Source of the DNA: a virus
Taxonomy: Duplodnaviria > Heunggongvirae > Uroviricota > Caudoviricetes
Length of the DNA stretch: 64,000 nt
IMG/VR virus record: IMGVR_UViG_3300037466_002980
Coordinates: 128,001-192,000 of that record
Direction: 5' to 3' (one strand)
Below, piece by piece: positions 47,090 through 53,629 of the stretch. The notes beneath the pieces are model-generated. The model saw only the letters and a program-made list of their open reading frames with translations, was not told the DNA's origin and did no database searches. The translations under genes were made by a program, and so were the position numbers. The first letter of the stretch is position 1, and every line of letters begins with the position of its first letter.

Positions 47090-47167
47090 TGGTACCCAAG
47101 GTGGGATTCGAACCCACACTGTACGGTTTCTAAAACCGGTGTCTCCTGCCAATTGCACTACTTGGGC
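47090..47167 (-). tRNA. tRNA-Leu(TAG), short variable arm
   Basis: Loop TTTAGAA, ACCA. Confidence 0.85.
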
Positions 47168-47233
47168 ATAAGGAATAGTAACAGATTCGTTCACATACGG
47201 CTCCCGCCTCCACTGTATATTCCTGTAAAATAT

Positions 47234-47320
47234 TTCAAATAGAATGGTTGTAGTGGACTCGAACCACCTCTCCCGCTTGAATGGCGAGTATCCTGCCCCT
47301 AGACGAACAACATATTTGAA
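47234..47320 (-). ncRNA. Glu-like tRNA variant with shortened acceptor inside an 8-bp outer stem
   Basis: D arm GTCT-AGGGGCA-GGAT, CTCGC-CATTCAA-GCGGG, T loop TTCGAGT, TTCAAATA/TATTTGAA flanks. Confidence 0.55.
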
Positions 47321-47446
47321 TTCTTAAGTATGATTACTCATACTGTCCATTGTCACTTCATTGACCTACTTTGATTGTGTTCCTTGCCATCGGTCGACGT
47401 TCGTTTCGCGACTCAGTTGGAAATAGACTAGCCATACTTAAGAAAT

Positions 47447-47520
47447 TGGCATCCCGGGAAGGACTCGAACCCTCACAAACAGTTTTGGAGACTGTGGTGC
47501 TGCCATTACACTACCGAGAT
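47447..47520 (-). tRNA. tRNA-Trp(CCA)
   Basis: ACAGT-CTCCAAA-ACTGT, G73. Confidence 0.93.
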
Positions 47521-47526
47521 AAAAAT

Positions 47527-47602
47527 TGGCTCCGGTGACTGGGATCGAACCAATGACCAACGGATTAACAATCCGCCGCTCTACCTACTGAGCTACACCG
47601 GA
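47527..47602 (-). tRNA. tRNA-Asn(GTT)
   Basis: Canonical, loop TTGTTAA. Confidence 0.93.
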
Positions 47603-48106
47603 ATAAAAACATATTCTTTCAAATATTTCTATTGCATTTTCTTTTAAAATCCATTCTCCTGATTCATTTGTTATATTTGGATGTTGAAGTATTTGTTTTT
47701 CAACATCCTTTCTATTAAGAACAAAATCATATTTTTCAATCTTAAATCTTCGAAATGGATCATATGTCTGATATTGATTTAATCTTGTATTTAAATCAAG
47801 AGTCATTCCGATTTTGTAATGATCTTGATATATCGGATTAGAAATTATATATACCAATCCAGAATCGATATCGTTAAATTTTGCACCATATTGATAATTA
47901 ACCTTCAATAATGTTAATCCGGCTAATCGTCTTGCAAATCTATATTGATTTTTTCTTATTAAACCTTTATTTTTCTTATTAAATATTTTTCCATATATTT
48001 TTATATATTCATTAAGAATATTATCATTTATTTGAAATATATCTTTAGGAATCACAGAATTCGCTATCATTTCGTCGATAACAATTCTCTCAAATTCCTT
48101 CAACAT
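47585..48106 (-). CDS. GIY-YIG superfamily (T5orf172-like) protein
   Basis: GLVYII...YKIGMT...RL-x2-YQT...EW. Confidence 0.75.
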   Translation of the reverse strand: MLKEFERIVIDEMIANSVIPKDIFQINDNILNEYIKIYGKIFNKKNKGLIRKNQYRFARRLAGLTLLKVNYQYGAKFNDIDSGLVYIISNPIYQDHYKIGMTLDLNTRLNQYQTYDPFRRFKIEKYDFVLNRKDVEKQILQHPNITNESGEWILKENAIEIFERICFYSGVAQ

Positions 48107-48412
48107 TTAAACCTTACCTTTTAGAAAATTTGCTGTATCATCTTCATCGATTTCACTGTAGACAGGAATATCTGGATCTCTTCTTCCACCTAACCAACGA
48201 TATATTTTTGTCTGATAGAGTGAACTTTTACTTAAAGCAGCATCTAATGCTATTTTATGTCCATCTCTCATAATTTCGATTTTTCGATTACCACTATCAT
48301 TTTCATAACAATGAATATAATACTCCGTAGTATAATATCCATTTGATACCTTATGATTAAATGTTTTTACATGAACAAATTTTTCTTTTTTCTTAAACCA
48401 AGGAAAAATCAT
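48107..48412 (-). CDS. Hypothetical protein (tandem paralog)
   Basis: Shares W-x2-G-R-x-DPDIP-x-Y-x-EIDE-x-DTAN-x-LKGKV with the next gene. Confidence 0.7.
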   Translation of the reverse strand: MIFPWFKKKEKFVHVKTFNHKVSNGYYTTEYYIHCYENDSGNRKIEIMRDGHKIALDAALSKSSLYQTKIYRWLGGRRDPDIPVYSEIDEDDTANFLKGKV

Positions 48413-48729
48413 ACCTTACCTTTCAGATAATTAGCAGTATCCTCTTCATCAATTTCATCATATTGTGGAATATCGGGATCTTTTCTTCCCAATTCCCACC
48501 GTCTAATTTTTTCATGATATATGGTTCGTTGATTTGCAATATATGCAAGATCTACTTTCTTTTCGTACGTCGAAGAAAATTCAACCTGTCTGTTATCTTT
48601 ATTAGATTGAAGTAAATTATAGTAAAAGGTAATATCAACTTCACCATCATGTGTGTTGAGTTTAAAATTTTCAGAAATTATTTTTACTAATTTCCATTTT
48701 TCTTTTTCAAATCTTTTAAATATCGACAT
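48409..48729 (-). CDS. Hypothetical protein (tandem paralog)
   Basis: Same C-terminal motif as 48107-48412. Confidence 0.7.
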   Translation of the reverse strand: MSIFKRFEKEKWKLVKIISENFKLNTHDGEVDITFYYNLLQSNKDNRQVEFSSTYEKKVDLAYIANQRTIYHEKIRRWELGRKDPDIPQYDEIDEEDTANYLKGKV

Positions 48730-48734
48730 ATTTT

Positions 48735-48808
48735 TGGTGCGGGTACCGGGAATCGAACTCGAGACTTCTGTTTGGAAGACAAATGTTATACCACTTAACT
48801 ATACACGC
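48735..48808 (-). tRNA. tRNA-Gly(TCC), A73
   Basis: Loop CTTCCAA. Confidence 0.85.
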
Positions 48809-49139
48809 ATTAATTTAGAATGTCAACTATGATTAATTTGCTTTCTTTCGCCACCTATTCCGTCGAAACGGTTTGGACTTACACCATGCTGATAGGCTAT
48901 TGCATTATTGCCGGAAGAATTTGAACCATTATCCTGAGCGAAATACTCTGTCGATAGTAATCAGCTATCCTAGCAAATCAAAAAATAATTATAGTCACAT
49001 GGAAGATTTGATATCATGGCGTCCCAAGTATCATCACATTACCACTTACGTCTTCACTATGTAGAACTTCTCCAACACGTAGAGCTTCACACATAGGAGT
49101 AGAACCATATGACTCACTAGGAGCTACCTAATAGAAAAC

Positions 49140-49262
49140 TGGTCTCGCCTGAGGGAATCGAACCCCCTCCTCTCCCTTCTGATGGAATTGAAATTTAGTG
49201 CTGAACGAATTCTTAGACAGAATTGCTTTCGTTTAGCGTGCTAGCCGTTACACCAAGGCGAA
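49140..49262 (-). ncRNA. CCA-ended tRNA body whose anticodon arm is replaced by a CAGCA-stem module (module 8)
   Basis: Acceptor TTCGCCT/AGGCGAG-ACCA, D arm, T loop TTCGATT; insert AATTCT-G-TCTA-AGAATT-CGTTCAGCA. Confidence 0.7.
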
Positions 49263-49342
49263 AAATATGGCAGGCCCTCATGAATCCGAGTATAAGGTTT
49301 TGGACATCATAGTGACATCGGGAGCGCCTATAAAATCATTAC

Positions 49343-49418
49343 TGGTAGGGGCACTGGGACTCGAACCCAAGAACTCACGGTTTAAGAGACCGGTACGTTA
49401 CCATTACGCCATACCCCC
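49343..49418 (-). tRNA. tRNA-Lys(CTT)
   Basis: Loop CTCTTAA. Confidence 0.9.
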
Positions 49419-49488
49419 AAATCGAAATAGCGGCTTTCAAGACCGGTTTCAATAAATTTTGCAAATTTAATATATTTCGATCAAAAAT

Positions 49489-49567
49489 TGGCGTCCCTAC
49501 GGGGATTCGAACCCACGCTTTTTACCTTGAAAGGGTAACGTCCTCAAACCATATAGACGATAGAGAC
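49489..49567 (-). tRNA. tRNA-Glu(TTC)
   Basis: TTACC-CTTTCAA-GGTAA. Confidence 0.9.
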
Positions 49568-49578
49568 AAGAAAAATAT

Positions 49579-49653
49579 TGGCATCCCGTAGGGGTTTCGA
49601 TCCTTCTCATTAGTTTGAAGGACTAACGGCCACGGCCAGCTGCCTCACGGGAT
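49579..49653 (-). tRNA. tRNA-Glu(TTC), atypical (C33)
   Basis: TTAGT-CCTTCAA-ACTAA, GCCA. Confidence 0.65.
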
Positions 49654-49654
49654 A

Positions 49655-49954
49655 TTAAGGAATATAATCGAAAGGTCTATGATACTGATCTTTTCGATTA
49701 TCCATATAATTCATTATAAAAATTTGTGGAATTATGTGCATTCCTGGATCAAGTCGAAGTTTGAAAAATTCTAAACAGTCGTTCTCTTTTAATTCAACCT
49801 CAAAAATATTTCCATCAAAAATTCTAGCCAGAGAGTTATATCGAAATTCTATTTTCTTAACACCTAATCTTATTCTTGTTTTTTCGTAATCCGGCCAGTC
49901 ATCGGCGGGATAATTAACCGAAATTTCAATACCGATATATAAAATTCTAGACAT
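49655..49954 (-). CDS. Hypothetical protein (F-x-L-K/R family)
   Basis: ENDCLEFFKLRL. Confidence 0.55.
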   Translation of the reverse strand: MSRILYIGIEISVNYPADDWPDYEKTRIRLGVKKIEFRYNSLARIFDGNIFEVELKENDCLEFFKLRLDPGMHIIPQIFIMNYMDNRKDQYHRPFDYIP

Positions 49955-49968
49955 GGTTGAATTATTAA

Positions 49969-50043
49969 TGGTGCTCCCGAAAGGAATCGAACCTTACGTC
50001 TTCGCGTTATCAGCACGCTGCTCTGCCATTGAGCTACAGGAGC
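49969..50043 (-). tRNA. tRNA-Ile(GAT)
   Basis: Loop CTGATAA. Confidence 0.93.
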
Positions 50044-50058
50044 AAAATTAAAATAGGA

Positions 50059-50196
50059 CAGGATCACTTTTTACGTTGCTCTACCAAACTGAGCTATTGC
50101 TTCGTTAAATGTAACAAAAATACACTTAACGAAGCAAGTGGGATTTGAACCCACGACCTACGGCTTGACATGCTAATGATTGCTGCAGGGATCCTT
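50059..50196 (-). ncRNA. CAGCA-stem module 7 with circularly permuted tRNA domain (YrlA-like)
   Basis: AGGATC-CCTGCAGCAA, T arm GTGGG-TTCAAAT-CCCAC, closed acceptor TTGCTTCGTTAA/TTAACGAAGCAA, D arm GCTC-AGTTTGGTA-GAGC, GATCCT-G. Confidence 0.8.
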
Positions 50197-50203
50197 TAAA
50201 AAC

Positions 50204-50278
50204 TGGTCAGGGAGCACAGAATCGAACTGTGTCTACGAGGCTCCAAAGCTCGGCGGCTAACCATTACCATACACCCTG
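50204..50278 (-). tRNA. tRNA-Pro(TGG)
   Basis: Loop TTTGGAG, C1:G72, A73. Confidence 0.85.
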
Positions 50279-50375
50279 AAAAACTTTGGTAGATTATATA
50301 CGCCATCATACCGGGGCAATTATCTAATGTAATAATGCAGATTGGAATAGGAAGTCTTTCTATATTACATCTAAC

Positions 50376-50453
50376 TGGAGCTCCCAGAAGGAATCAAACC
50401 TTCATCCACGGACTACAAAACCGTTATAATCTAATCCATTATACTATAGGAGC
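50376..50453 (-). tRNA. tRNA-Thr(TGT)
   Basis: Loop TTTGTAG, CCA. Confidence 0.8.
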
Positions 50454-50460
50454 AAAAAGT

Positions 50461-50536
50461 TGGCGCCGCCAAGGAGGATCGAACTCCTACTACAACCGTG
50501 ACAGGGTCGCGTGCAGTACCACTACACTATGGCGGC
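50461..50536 (-). tRNA. tRNA-Asp(GTC)
   Basis: Loop CTGTCAC, G73. Confidence 0.92.
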
Positions 50537-50712
50537 AAATTGGTCTAGGTATCCAGTATATTTCTATAGTAACCAGGTAACCCAGATGAAATTAGACAAG
50601 CTTCACACTTGATTGAACGTTCCATTCGCTTACTGCAACGTCTAAGCTTCGCTCGGTTTCTCTCGCGCCTTTAACATTCTAGCAAGCGCGGCTATGTACA
50701 CAGAGAGAAATT

Positions 50713-50788
50713 TGGTGGACCAGGAGGGAATCGAACCCTACTTACAATTTCCTTGCAAGGGAAACCAGTAACCCCATTACTCAAGCCC
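50713..50788 (-). tRNA. tRNA-Ala(TGC)
   Basis: G3:U70, loop CTTGCAA. Confidence 0.85.
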
Positions 50789-50795
50789 ATAATTC

Positions 50796-50880
50796 TGGTG
50801 GAGTAGCTAGGAATCGAACCTAGATGATCAGTGATGACAGTTTTACAGACTGCCCCGCCTCCATAACGGTCTACTACTCC
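50796..50880 (-). tRNA. tRNA-Tyr(GTA)
   Basis: Loop CTGTAAA, long variable arm. Confidence 0.92.
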
Positions 50881-51085
50881 AAAACACTCTTTCGAATGTT
50901 GATATTAAAATACACCATTTTTGATATATTTTAATATCCTAGATTTTTACCACCTACGTTATCTCCATAGGCTTCTCATCTTCTAGTACGCCCTCATTAA
51001 TAGCTAGATGTTTTTACGGTGCCTGGCAGGATCGCGTTTCCTATACACACCGTCCATAATACGTCCTTAGACTTAACATGGAAAT

Positions 51086-51114
51086 AAAAAAGCCGCTTAG
51101 TTTCCTAGCGGCTT
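51086..51114 (-). terminator. Intrinsic terminator (attenuator) upstream of the tRNA array
   Basis: AAGCCGCTAG-GAAA-CTAAGCGGC-TTTTTT. Confidence 0.85.
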
Positions 51115-51174
51115 CCTTATATAAACTTTCTAGATTTACTTTATGTATTTCTAGTCTCCTTATATAAGGAAGCC
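51110..51174 (-). promoter_or_regulatory. Antiterminator hairpin
   Basis: Perfect 15-bp GGCTTCCTTATATAA/TTATATAAGGAAGCC stem plus inner CTAGA/TCTAG; 3' arm overlaps the terminator 5' arm. Confidence 0.75.
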
Positions 51175-51290
51175 TTGGTAGGGTTTTGTTCAATCTCTGT
51201 ACTATTACCTGCCCAATAAAATCCACAGAGATGCATACGATCTAACATCGCATCTACTGTCGGTTTATTAAAACGGTTAATGTAATTCAT
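51141..51290 (-). CDS. Putative 49-aa attenuator leader peptide (below the ORF-track cutoff)
   Basis: AGGA SD; MNYINRFNKPTVDAMLDRMHLCGFYWAGNSTEIEQNPTKASLYKETRNT*. Confidence 0.7.
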   Translation of the reverse strand: MNYINRFNKPTVDAMLDRMHLCGFYWAGNSTEIEQNPTKASLYKETRNT

Positions 51291-51349
51291 TTTATTCCTA
51301 AAAACTCTCTACTGCACAGACCCATTCTATGCAATGTTTATTTATCTCA

Positions 51350-51378
51350 ATTGTAGCAAACGTTTTAATCTACGTCAA
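51350..51378 (-). promoter_or_regulatory. sigma70-type promoter for the leader and tRNA array
   Basis: TTGACG-17 nt-TACAAT; a GATAAATA late motif follows at 51339-51346. Confidence 0.75.
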
Positions 51379-51712
51379 CTATATCAAGATGATTTACAAT
51401 TAATTCTGGCTACTTAAAAGTTATAGAAAATCTGCTAAGTTACAACGGTTATCTTCTGTAAACAGATATATATTCGCCTTCAATTTTATTTATCATCGAC
51501 GATTTTACACATACTTAATATAGGTGTCAAATCGCATCTTTTATTGTTTTAGATAGGTGCCGATCCACTATCAATTTATATCGGATGTTAAGTTTTCTTC
51601 TATTCATCACCATAAAACAATATCGCAATTATATATAATTAATTCAGTGTGTCAAGTGGTTTATCAATTTCCAATATTTATCAATGTGATAAATAATAGA
51701 AAATGAGGTAAT

Positions 51713-52369
51713 ATGAATAATTTCTATGTGTATGCTTATATCCGAAGTAAAGATAGCAAAACTGCGAAAGCAGGCACACCATATTATATTGGAAAAGGAA
51801 CTGAAAATCGAAGGTTTCGAAAACATGTCAACATATCAATACCTAACAAAAATTTTATTCTTATAATTGAAAATGATCTTACTGAAATTGGTGCATTAGC
51901 TATAGAACGTAGATTAATTAAATGGTGGGGAAGAAAGAATACAGGAACAGGCATTCTTCTAAATAGAACAGATGGTGGTGAAGGAATCTCTGGTTATAAG
52001 CATACAGAAAATGCTAAAAATAGAATCGGTCAGGCATCTATAGGCAGAAATAAGGGACCAAAAATACTCTCAAACGAAACAAAAAGAAAAATATCGACTT
52101 CATTGAAAGGAAAGAAAAAGCCACCAAGGACAAAAGAACATGCTTTGAAAATATCAGAAGCACTCAAAGGAAAAATTTGCAATGACCTCGAAATTGAACA
52201 ACTAAACAAAATGGTTGAAAAAATTAAGGTTCCTGTTCAAATCTTCGGAAAACAATATTCATCGATAACCGAAGCATCCTTGGCCTTAAATATACATCAT
52301 GAAACGATAAGATATAGATTAAAATCCAAAAATTATCCAGAATATATACAAGAGAAAAAAAATGCCTAG
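51713..52369 (+). CDS. GIY-YIG homing endonuclease-like protein with NUMOD3 repeats
   Basis: YVYAY...YYIGKG...R, E-x2-LI, LLNRTDGGEG, ETKRKIS repeats. Confidence 0.85.
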   Translation: MNNFYVYAYIRSKDSKTAKAGTPYYIGKGTENRRFRKHVNISIPNKNFILIIENDLTEIGALAIERRLIKWWGRKNTGTGILLNRTDGGEGISGYKHTENAKNRIGQASIGRNKGPKILSNETKRKISTSLKGKKKPPRTKEHALKISEALKGKICNDLEIEQLNKMVEKIKVPVQIFGKQYSSITEASLALNIHHETIRYRLKSKNYPEYIQEKKNA

Positions 52370-53615
52370 AATATCCTTATGGAATCCTCAAAAAACAAAT
52401 GATTATAATTTCATCGATAAAACAATCGGTGAAAATTTCAGAATTGCTGGATTAGGAATTCTTGTTCATATGTATCAAGGTCCTACAACTGATTCAAACG
52501 GAAACACAAATACATCTTTAACAACCATTCAAGATGTTCTTTTCCTACAAAACAACAATAGAAAATATGATCCAAACGTTATTGAATTAAAGGGTCATTA
52601 CACTCCGCAAGATGTTAATTTTGATTTATCACAATTTGGAGTCTTCTTAAGTTCTGATGTTATCCGAATCCAATTTCATTTTAATGATATGATAGATGCA
52701 TTAGGAAGAAAACTCATTGCAGGTGATGTCTTAGAACTACCAAATATGTTTGATACTCCTATTTTCGATAATGCCGTTGGAATTAATCAATATTATGTTA
52801 TTCAGGATGCATTATATGCTGCTGGAGGCTATGGCCAAAAATGGTATCCACACTTATGGTTGGTAAGAGCAAAACTTCTACAAGCATCTCCGGAATACAA
52901 AGAAATCCTTAATCAAGCATCAACAGGACAAACTGCTGGTGGTGCAGGTCAAAGTATTGGAATTATGCCAGAGGGATTTACAGATACAACAGATTCAAAT
53001 GGAAATCCAGGTATAGGAGAAAATCCGAATATTACGAATTCATTAAACTTGTTCTGCCAAATTATTGGTCTCACTGATGAAATTATCAAAGAAGCTGAGT
53101 GCAATGCATTTTTTGATCCTAAATTCTTTGAGAGTGCAAATTTATATATATACATTGATTCAAACACCGGTTATCCAGTAATCGGAAGTAATTATTTCAG
53201 TGGTGACGGTGCACCACCTAATTATTCTACCGACCTAAATGATGATCTAGTTCCTAGTGGACCATTGGTTGGTGCAGGCATTAGTTTTCCGACCGATATG
53301 CAAGATGGACAATATTATTTAAGAATTGATTATTATCCAGAAAGATTATTTCAAAAGCAAGGAAATTGTTTTAAATTAATTGAGGTAAACGTTTTGAAAA
53401 ATTGGACTGCATACAACAGAGTATTGGATACATTTATCGATAATATCAATGATACAACTCTTTCAGATGGAACTGTTGTTCCAGAAAAACAAGCTGTTTC
53501 GACAATTGTTAAACAGAAGGTTGATCTGTATGCTGAGAGAAAGAAACAAACAACCGATAACGAAGCTGCTAGATCTAAGATTGCCGATGATAGAGCTGCC
53601 AATCGCGGTTATTAA
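52362..53615 (+). CDS. Neck/head-closure protein (T4 gp14-like)
   Basis: IQDVLFLQNNNRKYD, LSQFG, GDVLELP; adjacent to the gp15-like gene. Confidence 0.65.
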   Translation: MPRISLWNPQKTNDYNFIDKTIGENFRIAGLGILVHMYQGPTTDSNGNTNTSLTTIQDVLFLQNNNRKYDPNVIELKGHYTPQDVNFDLSQFGVFLSSDVIRIQFHFNDMIDALGRKLIAGDVLELPNMFDTPIFDNAVGINQYYVIQDALYAAGGYGQKWYPHLWLVRAKLLQASPEYKEILNQASTGQTAGGAGQSIGIMPEGFTDTTDSNGNPGIGENPNITNSLNLFCQIIGLTDEIIKEAECNAFFDPKFFESANLYIYIDSNTGYPVIGSNYFSGDGAPPNYSTDLNDDLVPSGPLVGAGISFPTDMQDGQYYLRIDYYPERLFQKQGNCFKLIEVNVLKNWTAYNRVLDTFIDNINDTTLSDGTVVPEKQAVSTIVKQKVDLYAERKKQTTDNEAARSKIADDRAANRGY

Positions 53616-53629
53616 AGGAACTTTTAAAA

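Noticed and set aside
49579-49653. Opal suppressor or tRNA-Sec reading (CTTCAAA)
   Set aside because: The best 5-bp stem gives loop CCTTCAA (TTC), and it lacks the long Sec variable arm and extended acceptor.
51041-51226. 61-aa ORF from the track across the attenuator
   Set aside because: It has a GTG start without an SD and runs through the terminator. The overlapping 49-aa frame has an SD and its stop fits the antiterminator loop.
51713-52369. Intron-encoded endonuclease
   Set aside because: No flanking split gene or group I core is visible; it appears free-standing.
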